The notes beneath the pieces are model-generated. The model saw only the letters and a program-made list of their open reading frames with translations. It was not told the origin of the DNA and did not search any database. A stretch of DNA of 39,923 bases. Source: an uncultured Lachnospiraceae bacterium. GTDB taxonomy: Bacteria; Bacillota; Clostridia; Lachnospirales; Lachnospiraceae. Location: contig CAZEPO010000002.1 of NCBI GenBank assembly GCA_964514125.1, positions 1-39,923 of the forward strand. Reading direction: 5' to 3'. The position numbers and the translations under genes are program-made. Below are positions 29,299 through 39,866 of the stretch, in pieces (position 1 is the stretch's first letter; each line of letters starts with the position of its first letter).

Positions 29299-30300
29299 AT
29301 GGCAGCTACGGATGTAGGAATCGATCTTGGTACGGCCAGCATATTAGTATACGTAAGAGGAAAGGGTGTTGTCCTGAAGGAGCCGTCGGTGGTTGCCTAT
29401 GACAGAGATACCAACAAGATAAAAGCGATCGGAGAGGAAGCACGCCTGATGCTTGGCAGAACGCCGGGCAATATCGTGGCAGTTCGGCCGATGCGAAAAG
29501 GCGTTATCTCAGACTACACAGTCACAGAACAGATGCTGAAATATTTTATTCAGAAAGCGATCGGCAAGATGTCTTTTCGAAAACCGAGAGTCAGTATCTG
29601 TGTGCCGAGCAGTATCACAGAGGTAGAACGCAAGGCTGTGGAGGACGCGACTTATCAGGCAGGGGCCAGAGAAGTACATCTGATCGAAGAGCCGATTGCG
29701 GCTGCGATCGGTGCCGGAATTGATCTTTCAAGACCCTGCGGGAATATGATCGTGGACATCGGGAGCGGTACCTGTGATGTGGCAGTCCTCTCGCTGGAAG
29801 GCATTGTAGTCAGCACATCGATCAAGATTGCGGGAGATGATTTTGATGATGCGATCGTGAAATATGTCCGCAAAAAATATGGCTTGATGATCGGGGAACA
29901 GACAGCGGAAGAGATTAAGATCACGATCGGCACGGCATTTGAGAAGCCAGAGCCGAAGACGATGGAAGTAAAGGGACGAGATCTGGTGACTGGATTGCCG
30001 AAGACAATCAGGGTGACTTCTGAAGATACAAGGGATGCACTGAAAGAAGTGACCGGACAGATCGTGGATGCTGTACACAGTGTGCTGGAGCGTACACCGC
30101 CGGAATTGGCAGCCGATGTGGTTGATCGTGGAATCGTACTGACAGGAGGCGGAGCACTGCTCAGCGGACTGGAGGAGCTGATCGAAGCCAGAACGGGTAT
30201 CAATACTATGACTGCGGAGGATCCGATGACAGTGGTAGCTGTTGGTACCGGAAAGTTTGTAGAATTGATGGCAGCAAACAATAAGCTGATGGAGAAATAA
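29299..30300 (+). CDS. mreB: Rod-shape determining actin homologue (MreB/Mbl family)
   Basis: IDLGT, EPSVVA, RPM..GVI, EEP.AAAIGAG, DIG.GT, LTGGGALL. Confidence 0.9.
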   Translation: MAATDVGIDLGTASILVYVRGKGVVLKEPSVVAYDRDTNKIKAIGEEARLMLGRTPGNIVAVRPMRKGVISDYTVTEQMLKYFIQKAIGKMSFRKPRVSICVPSSITEVERKAVEDATYQAGAREVHLIEEPIAAAIGAGIDLSRPCGNMIVDIGSGTCDVAVLSLEGIVVSTSIKIAGDDFDDAIVKYVRKKYGLMIGEQTAEEIKITIGTAFEKPEPKTMEVKGRDLVTGLPKTIRVTSEDTRDALKEVTGQIVDAVHSVLERTPPELAADVVDRGIVLTGGGALLSGLEELIEARTGINTMTAEDPMTVVAVGTGKFVELMAANNKLMEK

Positions 30301-30389
30301 CGACTGGTATAGGGCTGTCGTGAAATATGGATCTATGTATCTGCAAGTCATGGAGCCTGTTTTGCGTCAGTCCTTTCATTTGGAGGAAT

Positions 30390-32609
30390 ATGGAAAAATT
30401 AGAAGGTTATGTTGACCATATCATATACAGAAACAGCGAAAATGGCTATACCGTTATGGTGCTGAGTAATGCAGATGGAGAGATTACCTGTGTCGGGAGC
30501 TTGTCATACATAAATGAAGGGGAGCGTGTTGAGCTGCAGGGGCAGTATACGACACATCCATCCTATGGAGAACAGTTTAAGGTGGAGAGCTATGCGATCA
30601 AAGATCCGGAGGATGAAGAGTCTATTGAACGTTACCTTGGCTCCGGTGCGATCAAAGGAGTCGGAGCTGCATTGGCTGCGCGAATTGTGCGCCGGTTCCG
30701 CGGTGATACATTTCGCATTATAGAGGAAGAACCGGAGCGCCTTGCGGAGATCAAAGGGATCAGTGAGCGAAAGGCGCGTGAGATCGCAGATCAGGTATAC
30801 GAAAAGCGTGATATGCGAAAGGCAATGATCTTTTTGCAGCAGTTCGGTATTACAACGGCACTGGCAGTCAAGATCTACCAAAAATATGCCGGAGAGATTT
30901 ATCGCGTGATTCAGGAAAATCCTTACCAGCTGGCGGAAGATATCAATGGGATCGGATTTCGGATTGCGGATGAGATCGCACGGAGAGCCGGTGTCAGCGC
31001 TGATTCAGAATACCGTGTGAAATGTGCGATTTTTTATGTGCTGCAGCAGGCAGGGGCAGAGGGACATGTCTATCTGCCAAAAGAGAAGCTGAAGTATCGG
31101 ACAGGTGAGCTCCTTGGTGTTCCGCTTGAGAGTATCGATCAGCATCTGATGGATCTGGCAATCGAACGAAAGATTGTAGTCAAGCAGGAGGAAGAAGACA
31201 AGGTATATAGTGCATCTGCCTACTATAAAGAAATGAGTACGGCAAGAATGCTCTGTGACCTGAACATTACCGGAGAGATTCAGGAAGAAGTGATCCTGAA
31301 GAAAATCGCAGTCATAGAAAAGGCAACCGGGACATATCTTGATGATATGCAGAAAAAGGCAGTGACGGAGGCAGTGCGCTGCGGTCTGCTTGTGATCACG
31401 GGCGGTCCCGGTACCGGAAAGACAACGACGATCAATACGCTGATCACATATTTTGAATCGGAGGGACTGCAGATTTTGCTGGCGGCTCCGACCGGACGCG
31501 CTGCAAAGCGTATGACAGAGGCGACCGGCTATGAGGCCAAGACGATTCATCGTCTGCTGGAAATCTCAGGACCGCAGGATACGGACACACCGGATGGTTT
31601 TCAGCGCAACGGTTCCAATCCGCTGGATGCAGATGTCATTATCGTTGACGAGATGTCGATGGTGGATATTTATCTGATGCATTCGCTGCTGGACGCTGTG
31701 ACAGTTGGTACGCGTCTGATCATGGTAGGTGACGTGAATCAGCTGCCGTCAGTAGGACCGGGCAGTGTTCTGAAAGATGTGATTGAATCAGAAAAGATTC
31801 CGGTCGTGCGCCTGACACGTATTTTCCGTCAGGCATCAGAGAGTGACATCGTTGTCAATGCCCATAAGATCAACCGGGGTGAGCAGGTCACGCTGGATAA
31901 CAAAAGCCGTGATTTCTTCTTTTTGAAACGGCAGGATGCAAATGTGATCATCAGCATTGTCATTCAGCTGATTCGGGAAAAGCTGCCCAAATATGTGGAT
32001 GCACAGCCGTATGATATCCAGGTTCTGACACCGATGCGTAAGGGTTTGCTTGGCGTAGAGCGGCTTAATCGAATCCTTCAGGAGTATCTGAATCCGCCGG
32101 ACCGCAATAAGCGGGAATACGAGCAGGGGGATCAGCGGTTCCGCGAAGGGGACAAAGTGATGCAGATCAAAAATAATTATCAGCTGGAGTGGGAGATCAG
32201 AGGCCGGTATGGGATTCCGATGGAAAAAGGAGTCGGAGTTTTTAATGGCGATATGGGTGTGATTCGTGAGATCAATCTTCATACGGAGCGAGTGACAGTA
32301 GAATTTGATGAGCATCGAATGGTAGAATATCCCTATGCAGGATTGGAAGAATTGGAACTGGCCTATGCAGTGACGATTCACAAATCACAGGGAAGTGAAT
32401 ATCCGGCAGTGGTCATGCCGCTTCTGACAGGACCGCGGATGCTGATGAACCGAAATCTGCTCTATACAGGAGTGACACGTGCCCGCAAATGTGTGACGAT
32501 CGTCGGGGATCCGCAGACCTTCGGTCAGATGATCGACAATATCGTAGAACAGAAAAGGTATACCACACTGAATGCGAGAATACGGGAATTGTCAGAACAG
32601 GAAGAATAA
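30390..32609 (+). CDS. recD2: RecD2-like SF1B helicase
   Basis: N-terminal OB/HhH region (IKGVG, GIGF..AD), GGPGTGKT, APTGRAA, DEMSM, GD..QLPSVG, YA.TIHKSQGSE; GGAGG upstream of ATG 30390. Confidence 0.93.
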   Translation: MEKLEGYVDHIIYRNSENGYTVMVLSNADGEITCVGSLSYINEGERVELQGQYTTHPSYGEQFKVESYAIKDPEDEESIERYLGSGAIKGVGAALAARIVRRFRGDTFRIIEEEPERLAEIKGISERKAREIADQVYEKRDMRKAMIFLQQFGITTALAVKIYQKYAGEIYRVIQENPYQLAEDINGIGFRIADEIARRAGVSADSEYRVKCAIFYVLQQAGAEGHVYLPKEKLKYRTGELLGVPLESIDQHLMDLAIERKIVVKQEEEDKVYSASAYYKEMSTARMLCDLNITGEIQEEVILKKIAVIEKATGTYLDDMQKKAVTEAVRCGLLVITGGPGTGKTTTINTLITYFESEGLQILLAAPTGRAAKRMTEATGYEAKTIHRLLEISGPQDTDTPDGFQRNGSNPLDADVIIVDEMSMVDIYLMHSLLDAVTVGTRLIMVGDVNQLPSVGPGSVLKDVIESEKIPVVRLTRIFRQASESDIVVNAHKINRGEQVTLDNKSRDFFFLKRQDANVIISIVIQLIREKLPKYVDAQPYDIQVLTPMRKGLLGVERLNRILQEYLNPPDRNKREYEQGDQRFREGDKVMQIKNNYQLEWEIRGRYGIPMEKGVGVFNGDMGVIREINLHTERVTVEFDEHRMVEYPYAGLEELELAYAVTIHKSQGSEYPAVVMPLLTGPRMLMNRNLLYTGVTRARKCVTIVGDPQTFGQMIDNIVEQKRYTTLNARIRELSEQEE

Positions 32610-32642
32610 TCGGACAGTTTGGGGAGAACGCCGGTTATCAGA

Positions 32643-33395
32643 ATGAAAAAATTATTGCAATGGCTTTATCCGCCGCGCTGTCCGATCTGTGATGAAATCT
32701 GGAAGCCGAAGATGGAGCAGAACAGGATGATGTACTGCTGTCCTGACTGCAGACAGAAGCTTCCATGGGTTCGGGGGGCAGTCTGCATGAAATGCGGCAA
32801 GCCAGTCGGGAAGGAGCAGGAATACTGTGAGGACTGCAAAAAACAAAAGCATCTGTTTTGGCAGGGAGCTGCTGCTTTTACGTATTCGGAAGGACTTCCG
32901 GATGCGGTTTTTCGCATGAAGTTTCAGAATCGCAGGGATTATCTGGATTTTTTTGCAGATGCGATGGTACTTGCGCTGAGTAGACATTTGACGCAGTGGC
33001 AGCCGCAGGTGATCCTGCCGGTTCCGATGTACTGGAAGAAACGTGCAAGAAGAGGGTACAATCAGTCCGAGCTGCTCGCAGAGAAGCTTTCGGAACGACT
33101 CGGGATTCCGATGGAAAAGAAATGGGCGCGATGCATCCGCAGGACAGCGGAGCAAAAACGTCTGAGCCGCAGTGAACGTCGAAAAAATCTGAGCGGAAGT
33201 TTTCAGCTCAGCGGAAAGCTTCAGGGCGTGACCAGAGTTTTACTGGTAGATGATGTATACACAACTGGAAGTACGATGGATGAACTGGCACGGATTCTTC
33301 GAAATGACGGGATTTATGAGGTGTATTTTATTGTTTTATGTACCGGAAAAGGAAAAAAAGGCAGTATGCATGAAGAAAAATCTGTGCTATACTAA
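32643..33395 (+). CDS. comF: ComF-family protein (Zn ribbon plus PRTase-like domain)
   Basis: CPIC, C..C, CMKC, CEDC; RGYNQS; LLVDDVYTTGST. Confidence 0.9.
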   Translation: MKKLLQWLYPPRCPICDEIWKPKMEQNRMMYCCPDCRQKLPWVRGAVCMKCGKPVGKEQEYCEDCKKQKHLFWQGAAAFTYSEGLPDAVFRMKFQNRRDYLDFFADAMVLALSRHLTQWQPQVILPVPMYWKKRARRGYNQSELLAEKLSERLGIPMEKKWARCIRRTAEQKRLSRSERRKNLSGSFQLSGKLQGVTRVLLVDDVYTTGSTMDELARILRNDGIYEVYFIVLCTGKGKKGSMHEEKSVLY

Positions 33396-33443
33396 AAGGA
33401 ACATTGATCCGTTTAACTTAGAAAAGAGAAAGGAGCAGGCAGA

Positions 33444-34322
33444 ATGAACAGCATAAAAGTGTGGATGTCCAATTATCTGAAATGGCTGACTGTGCCGACA
33501 TTTTCACTCACGGTTACGGATGTTCTGGAAATATTGATCCTGGCATTTCTGGTATACAGCCTCCTGCTTTGGATTAAGAATACAAGAGCCTGGACACTGC
33601 TCAAGGGAATCATGGTGCTGCTGATCTGTGTTGCCAGTGTATATCTGCTTCGCATGAATACGTTGATCTTCCTTGTGAATCGCTGTATTGATATCGCGAT
33701 CATGGCTGCATTGGTTATTTTTCAGCCAGAGCTGCGCCGGGCATTGGAGCAGCTGGGAGAGAAGCAGTTTATATCGTCAATACTGCCGATCATGGATGAC
33801 AGCCGCAATGTGACGGAGCGATTCAGTGACAAGACGGTGAACGAGATCGTCAAGGCATCCATGGAGATGAGCCGTGCGAAAACAGGAGCTCTGATCGTAA
33901 TTGAACAGAATACGCGACTGGAAGAATATGAGCGTACAGGAATTGGATTGGATTCGATTGTGACCAGCCAGCTGCTGATCAATATTTTTGAGCATAATAC
34001 ACCGCTTCACGACGGTGCAGTTATTATCAAAGGCAACCGCATTACTTCGGCTACCTGCTATTTGCCATTATCGGATAATATGATGCTGAGCAAAGAGCTT
34101 GGAACGCGGCATCGCGCCGGTGTGGGCATCAGTGAGGTGACGGATTCGCTGACTGTGATCGTTTCAGAAGAAACTGGTGCTGTTTCCATTGCATTCAAGG
34201 GAGAACTGAAGCGTAATGTTACTGCAGAGATATTGAAGGAACAGCTGATCGTTCTGCAAAACAAATCTGTCAGTGTAAAGAAATTCAAACTCTGGAAAGG
34301 GCGTAGCAAAAATGAAGCGTAA
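33444..34322 (+). CDS. cdaA: Diadenylate cyclase
   Basis: Three N-terminal TM helices, FQPELRRAL, PLHDGA, LGTRHRA, VSEETG. Confidence 0.95.
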   Translation: MNSIKVWMSNYLKWLTVPTFSLTVTDVLEILILAFLVYSLLLWIKNTRAWTLLKGIMVLLICVASVYLLRMNTLIFLVNRCIDIAIMAALVIFQPELRRALEQLGEKQFISSILPIMDDSRNVTERFSDKTVNEIVKASMEMSRAKTGALIVIEQNTRLEEYERTGIGLDSIVTSQLLINIFEHNTPLHDGAVIIKGNRITSATCYLPLSDNMMLSKELGTRHRAGVGISEVTDSLTVIVSEETGAVSIAFKGELKRNVTAEILKEQLIVLQNKSVSVKKFKLWKGRSKNEA

Positions 34323-35616
34323 ACGAACTGCAAATATAGGTTTAAAACTGCTCTCGCTGGTTCTGGCGTTTCTGATCTGGCTTCTGGTTGCCAATATAGA
34401 CAATCCGACAACCTCCGAGATTTTTAAAGGAGTGGACATTCAGGTTATCAACGCCGACAGTGTGACAGAGATTGATAAGACCTTTGATATCATATCGGAA
34501 GATAGCGTTGTGATCAAAGTCACAGAACGTAAGAGTGTGCTGAACTCGCTGAGCGGCTCAGATTTCACAGTCGTTGCAGATATGGAAGATCTGAATGATA
34601 TGAATACCGTTCCGCTGACAGTGACCTGCAGCAACCCTTCGATATCCTGGGATGAAATCGAGATGGTGCCATCATCTATGAAGGTGAAGGTCGAGCAGCG
34701 CAAACAGATGGAATTTCCAATCAATGTGGTGACAAACGGTAAGCCGAAAAACGGATATGAAGTAGGCCAGACCGAAGTTGTGCAGGGCAAGACGGTACAG
34801 ATCGCTGGTCCGGAAAGTATGCTGAATCGGATCGGCCAGGTCAAGGCAACCGTACTGACAGCAAACATTGAGACGAATCAGCGTTTGACTGCAACGCTGG
34901 AAATCTACGACAAAAATGGAGATCAGATCAAGGCACCGCAGATCAATCGACTGCAGATCAAGGATTCATCCGGCGTGCTTTTGACAGAAAACAAGGTTAT
35001 GGTTGATGTTACCGTATGGGAGATCATGAGCGACATACCACTGGAAATCGAAACAATCGGTTCGCCGAGAGCTGGATATCAGGTATCATCGATCAACACG
35101 CTCCCGGTTACAGTCAGTCTTGTCGGCACACAGGAAGCATTGGCTCGTCTGAACGGCAAGATCATCCTGCAGACACCGGTTGATTTATCAGATGCCACGG
35201 AGAGTTTTACTGTTGAGCTGGATCTGAATGAAACTTTGAATACGATTGATGGTCTGCGTCTGATTTCAGATGCTGATCCAATCGTAACAGTATCGGTACA
35301 GATTGAACGCATCGGCGATCAGACATTGGCGATTCCGTTGTCTACGCTTGATATAGAAAATCGTCCGGAAAATATGACGCTTACCTTTTCACCGGCAGAT
35401 GCGCTGACAATTTATGTTCATGCGGAGCAGGGAAAAGATGCAATCAAACAGAGTGATATTCGGGCTAAGATCGATCTGTCAGTATGCGCGAAGGCAGGAG
35501 ATTATGAGATTCCGGTTACGTTTGAACTGCCGGAAGGATATTCGCTGGTATCAGATGTGAAGCTTGTAGTCAATGCAGCAGTGAACGAACAGCCGGATGA
35601 ACAGATTATAGAGTAA
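34312..35616 (+). CDS. cdaR: CdaA regulator CdaR (YbbR repeats)
   Basis: N-terminal TM KLLSLVLAFLIWL, repeated beta-rich YbbR-like units, overlap with cdaA. Confidence 0.88.
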   Translation: MKRKRTANIGLKLLSLVLAFLIWLLVANIDNPTTSEIFKGVDIQVINADSVTEIDKTFDIISEDSVVIKVTERKSVLNSLSGSDFTVVADMEDLNDMNTVPLTVTCSNPSISWDEIEMVPSSMKVKVEQRKQMEFPINVVTNGKPKNGYEVGQTEVVQGKTVQIAGPESMLNRIGQVKATVLTANIETNQRLTATLEIYDKNGDQIKAPQINRLQIKDSSGVLLTENKVMVDVTVWEIMSDIPLEIETIGSPRAGYQVSSINTLPVTVSLVGTQEALARLNGKIILQTPVDLSDATESFTVELDLNETLNTIDGLRLISDADPIVTVSVQIERIGDQTLAIPLSTLDIENRPENMTLTFSPADALTIYVHAEQGKDAIKQSDIRAKIDLSVCAKAGDYEIPVTFELPEGYSLVSDVKLVVNAAVNEQPDEQIIE

Positions 35617-35653
35617 TCGGTTGAAAGAAAGTTAGGAATTGATTTCATACAAT

Positions 35654-35700
35654 AAAAAGGAGCATGGCTTCGACAGATATGTCTGAGCCATGCTCTTTTT
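35654..35700. terminator. Bidirectional terminator between convergent genes
   Basis: AAAAAGGAGCATGGCT...AGCCATGCTCTTTTT. Confidence 0.85.
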
Positions 35701-35701
35701 G

Positions 35702-37492
35702 TTAGATATTAGGATCGGTCGGATCGTAATTCTGTGTAGATGGAATCTTGGAAATGGTTGGTTTGCCAAGCGGCGTTGGTTCGTTGTCACTGATCACAAC
35801 CTTTGTACCAACCGGAAGATTGTCGTACATCCACTTCGCATCGATTACCTGAAGGCGGATGCATCCGGCAGAAGCAGGAGTTCCGAGGTTGTTGTAAGCA
35901 GATGAGAACAACGAGCGGTTATCATGGTATCTGGAATATGTCACAGAGTGGAACAGGATATCGCTTGTAATATGTGAACAATACTGTCCCCAGGATGGTC
36001 CGATCAGTTCATGCCAGCGAAGTTTGTCCTTCAGTGTAAAGGTTCCTGTAGGGGTAGCAGTGCCGTTTTTGGCGGTAGAACAGATCATCGCTTTGACTGG
36101 TGTGTTTCCTTTGTAGATTGTGACAACACACTTTTTACGGTTAACATGAATACTCCACGCACCGCCTAACGATACAGTGATATAACCGCCGGAACCGAAT
36201 TTGTAGGTTTTGCCGTCAATCTTTTTGGTTCCGGTTGTCATCTTGCCGTCATTCGCCGGATCAAGATAATATTTCTTAACATTTCCGTTGGCGTCAGTCA
36301 ATGTAAGCCAACCGGTCTTCTGAGTACCATCGTTGTTGAAATAGTACCAGTAATTTTTGATCTTCACCCAACCGGTCTTGGCTGCTCCGTAAGTGGAGGA
36401 AGTTTTGGACGGATTCAGATAATATTTATTGCCTTTATATGTAAACCAACCGGTTTTGACAACAGCTGTTTTTTGGTCCATGTAATACTTCAGGCCATTG
36501 ACGGTCTGCCAGCCTTTTTTGCGGACACCGCTTCCGGAAAGGTAATAGCGTTTGCCGTTGATCGTCTGGAAACCGGTCTGGAGTACGCCTTTTTCGTTGA
36601 AATAGTACCAATGCTTGCCGATTTTGCACCAGGTGTTTTCTTCACGGGCATTGCCATTCTTCGGATTGAAGTAATACTTTTTGCCTTTGATCGTCTGAAG
36701 TCCGGTATACTGGCGGAAGTTGGAACCGTAGTAATAATACTTCAGAGAATCACCGGAACCGAGCTTGATCCAGCCGGTACGTGCATAACCTGACTGTGTG
36801 TTAAAATAGTAGGTATATTTGCCGGATGTGATCGTGCCGCTCTGTCTCTGGCCAGTTGTTTTGCTGAAGAAGTAGAGACGTTTGCCAATCTTCTGAAGAC
36901 CAGTTTTCAGCACACCATTGGATGAAGCATAATAGTACTTTTTGTCGAAGGAAGACTTTTTCATTCCTCCGGTCAGCCGGCCGCTTTTGGTGATGTGATA
37001 GAGCTTTTTATTGACCTTGATCGTCCCAAGCTTGATCTTACCATTGGCATCTGCATAGAAGTATTTGCCCTTGATCTTGATCCATTTGTTGGCGGTAACC
37101 TGACCGTTTGCCTTGTTGGTGAGATAATAATAAACATCTTTTTCAGAGGTATTGGTCAGAAGTCCAGTCTGTCCGGTCAGAAGTGCACCGGCCGGAGTCG
37201 TGCCGATTGTGGTCGGTGTAAAATAGTAAACGGTATTGTTGATCTTTACAGGACCAGTGATACGGTAGCCATTGCTGCCGAAATAATAGGTTGCTGTACC
37301 AATCTGCTGAAGACCGGTCAGCCGGGTGCCGTTCTGTTCATAGTAAACACCGTTTGCATCCTCGTTCCAACCGTCTGCCGCAAACACAGTCGTCATCGGA
37401 GCGGTGACACCTATATGGGCAGAAAGCGTTGGGACCGCGATCGCAAGTCCGGCAGCCAGACAGAAGGCAGAAAGCATTTTTTTGATTTTCAT
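35702..37492 (-). CDS. Secreted L,D-transpeptidase (YkuD) with many cell-wall-binding repeats
   Basis: Signal peptide; repeated G(W/L/F)x.I.GK.YYF units; C-terminal TPTGTF, LFHS, SAGCIRL. Confidence 0.88.
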   Translation of the reverse strand: MKIKKMLSAFCLAAGLAIAVPTLSAHIGVTAPMTTVFAADGWNEDANGVYYEQNGTRLTGLQQIGTATYYFGSNGYRITGPVKINNTVYYFTPTTIGTTPAGALLTGQTGLLTNTSEKDVYYYLTNKANGQVTANKWIKIKGKYFYADANGKIKLGTIKVNKKLYHITKSGRLTGGMKKSSFDKKYYYASSNGVLKTGLQKIGKRLYFFSKTTGQRQSGTITSGKYTYYFNTQSGYARTGWIKLGSGDSLKYYYYGSNFRQYTGLQTIKGKKYYFNPKNGNAREENTWCKIGKHWYYFNEKGVLQTGFQTINGKRYYLSGSGVRKKGWQTVNGLKYYMDQKTAVVKTGWFTYKGNKYYLNPSKTSSTYGAAKTGWVKIKNYWYYFNNDGTQKTGWLTLTDANGNVKKYYLDPANDGKMTTGTKKIDGKTYKFGSGGYITVSLGGAWSIHVNRKKCVVTIYKGNTPVKAMICSTAKNGTATPTGTFTLKDKLRWHELIGPSWGQYCSHITSDILFHSVTYSRYHDNRSLFSSAYNNLGTPASAGCIRLQVIDAKWMYDNLPVGTKVVISDNEPTPLGKPTISKIPSTQNYDPTDPNI

Positions 37493-37551
37493 AGTTCTCT
37501 CCCCTGTTTTGAAATTGATTTGTTACAAAAATAATACATATTTCTTAAATC

Positions 37552-37580
37552 ATTATATCGTCTATACTAGGGGAATGCAA
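37552..37580 (-). promoter_or_regulatory. Promoter of the L,D-transpeptidase gene
   Basis: TTGCAT, 17-bp spacer, TATAAT on the minus strand. Confidence 0.7.
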
Positions 37581-37643
37581 GATGCAGTGCTAGAAAAATT
37601 CTTAAGAGTTTCGTAAGTTCACAGATGCTTTCTTCCTTTTTGG

Positions 37644-37672
37644 TTGTCAATTTATTGGAAGTGTTTTATAAT
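37644..37672 (+). promoter_or_regulatory. Promoter of the polysaccharide locus
   Basis: TTGTCA, 17-bp spacer, TATAAT. Confidence 0.75.
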
Positions 37673-37690
37673 AGGTGAAACCAAAGAGGA

Positions 37691-39094
37691 GTGAATAGAG
37701 TGAGAAAAAGAGAACAATATAAACGATTGATCATGTTTATGGCTTCTGTGCTGATCGTGGCGATCCAAACAGGAGTCTTTGCCTATGCCTGGTTCCATGA
37801 CTATCACGTCAAAGCAATCATTGGACGCAGGTATGGATATTGGGGACACTGGGCATTGATTGCAATCTATGCTTTTATGGTGGTCGTGGTATCCAAGCTT
37901 TTTTCAGCATTTAAGGTTGGGTATCAGCGTGTACTCGATGTTATTTTGTCGCAGATTTTTTCGGTATTGCTGGTGAATGCGATTGCATATCTGCAGCTGG
38001 CATTGATCGGACGATGGACTTTTTTGAAACACATCGGACCGATGCTGCGTGTAACGGGAATCAATCTGGCGGCGGTGGTTTTGTGGGTGTTTTTTATGCG
38101 AGTCCTTTATGTGCGGATTTATCCGCCGCATGAGGTACTGCTGATTTATGGCAAATTAAGTCCAAAGGATCTGCTCCGTAAGATGGAAGGCCGAAAGGAT
38201 AAGTATAATATCGCAGGTACTGTTTCACTGGAGCAGGGAATTGAGCAGATCAAGCAGAAGATCCTGAACTATGAAGCTGTTATGATTGGGGATATTCCGT
38301 CTCACGAACGCAATATTTTCCTGAAGTTCTGTTTTGAGAATAATATCCGCTGCTACTGTCAGCCAAAGATTTCGGATATCATGATCATGAGCTCAGAGAA
38401 GATCCATATGTTTGATACACCGCTTCTGCTGTTTCGCAATTGCGGACTGACTGTTGAGAAGCAGATGATCAAACGATGCTTTGATATGATCAGTTCTTTT
38501 GTGATGCTTGTGATTCTTTCACCAATCCTGCTGCTGATCGCGGTACTTGTGAAGGTATATGACGGCGGTCCTGTCTTTTATAAACAGGAACGGTTGACAA
38601 AGGATGGCAAAATCTTCCTTATATATAAGTTCCGCAGTATGTGTGTCGATTCAGAAAAACAAGGCGCACGTCTGGCCATGAAGGGAGACAGCCGTGTGAC
38701 ACCAGTCGGCAAGGTTCTTCGCAACATTCATTTTGACGAGCTGCCGCAGCTGATCAATATCCTGAAAGGAGATATGTCGCTGGTAGGTCCAAGACCGGAG
38801 CGGCCGGAAATCGCGGCGCAGTATACAAAGGAGATTCCGGAGTTTCCGTATCGTCTGAAGGTGAAGGCTGGCCTGACCGGATATGCGCAGGTATATGGCA
38901 AGTATAATACAACACCATATGATAAGCTGAAGCTGGATCTGACCTATATAGAGAATTATTCGTTCTGGCTGGATATCCATTTGATCGCAACAACGGTCAA
39001 GATTCTGTTCCAGAAAGAAAATACTGAGGGTGTTGAGCAGTGGCAGACGACAGCATCGTCCGGAAGCAAAACGGAGGCGAAGCATGATAAATAA
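37691..39094 (+). CDS. Priming polyprenyl-phosphate sugar-phosphotransferase (CpsE/WcaJ-like)
   Basis: N-terminal TM segments; KRCFD, YKQER, KFRSM, DELPQL.N, GDMSLVGPRPE, GLTGYAQV. Confidence 0.92.
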   Translation: MNRVRKREQYKRLIMFMASVLIVAIQTGVFAYAWFHDYHVKAIIGRRYGYWGHWALIAIYAFMVVVVSKLFSAFKVGYQRVLDVILSQIFSVLLVNAIAYLQLALIGRWTFLKHIGPMLRVTGINLAAVVLWVFFMRVLYVRIYPPHEVLLIYGKLSPKDLLRKMEGRKDKYNIAGTVSLEQGIEQIKQKILNYEAVMIGDIPSHERNIFLKFCFENNIRCYCQPKISDIMIMSSEKIHMFDTPLLLFRNCGLTVEKQMIKRCFDMISSFVMLVILSPILLLIAVLVKVYDGGPVFYKQERLTKDGKIFLIYKFRSMCVDSEKQGARLAMKGDSRVTPVGKVLRNIHFDELPQLINILKGDMSLVGPRPERPEIAAQYTKEIPEFPYRLKVKAGLTGYAQVYGKYNTTPYDKLKLDLTYIENYSFWLDIHLIATTVKILFQKENTEGVEQWQTTASSGSKTEAKHDK

Positions 39095-39866
39095 TACAGA
39101 ACCGTTGGTTTCCGTAGTGATACCGGCATATCGCTGTGCACAGACGATCGCGCAGGCAATTGACTCGGCGCTTCTGCAGGAGGTACCGCTGGAGATACTG
39201 GTATTGAACGATCAGTCTCCGGATGGAGCACAACTGGATCTGGTAATGGAGCAGTATCAGAAGGTGTCGGCTGTCCGCTATCTGAAAAATGAAAAAAATA
39301 TGGGAGCAGCAGCAACACGTAACCGCGGTGTGCAGCTGGCCATAGGACAGTACATTGCATTTTTGGATGCAGATGACTGGTGGGAAGCGGGTAAGCTTCA
39401 AAAGCAGCTGGCATTGATTGAAAAAGAAAAGACTGTTCTCTGTTCGACAGGACGAGAATTGGTGACACCGGACGGCAAGAGAACCGGCCGGGTGATCGGA
39501 GTTAGGGAGCATATCACATACCGCTCCCTGCTTTTGCATAATTGTATCAACTGTTCTTCGGTTCTGCTGCGTACCGATGTAGCCAGAGAGTTTCCGATGC
39601 AGCATGAAGACAGTCACGAGGACTATATCATGTGGCTGAATATTTTGAAAAAGTATCAGAAGGCAGCTGCGGTCAATGAACCGCTTTTGAAATATAGACT
39701 GACTGCGACCGGAAAGTCCGGGAATAAGCTGCAGTCCGCACGCATGACCTACCGTGCTTACCGCTATGCCGGATTTGGCCGGCTGAGTGCCGGATTCTGG
39801 TTTTGTGCTTATGCTGTCAATGGTGTAATAAAATACGCAAAGGCCTATGCAGGACTTGCAGGCTGA
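39084..39866 (+). CDS. Family 2 glycosyltransferase (TuaG-like)
   Basis: VSVVIPAY, RNRG, FLDADDWW, KL..QL, HED; GGAGG upstream of ATG 39084. Confidence 0.9.
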   Translation: MINNTEPLVSVVIPAYRCAQTIAQAIDSALLQEVPLEILVLNDQSPDGAQLDLVMEQYQKVSAVRYLKNEKNMGAAATRNRGVQLAIGQYIAFLDADDWWEAGKLQKQLALIEKEKTVLCSTGRELVTPDGKRTGRVIGVREHITYRSLLLHNCINCSSVLLRTDVAREFPMQHEDSHEDYIMWLNILKKYQKAAAVNEPLLKYRLTATGKSGNKLQSARMTYRAYRYAGFGRLSAGFWFCAYAVNGVIKYAKAYAGLAG

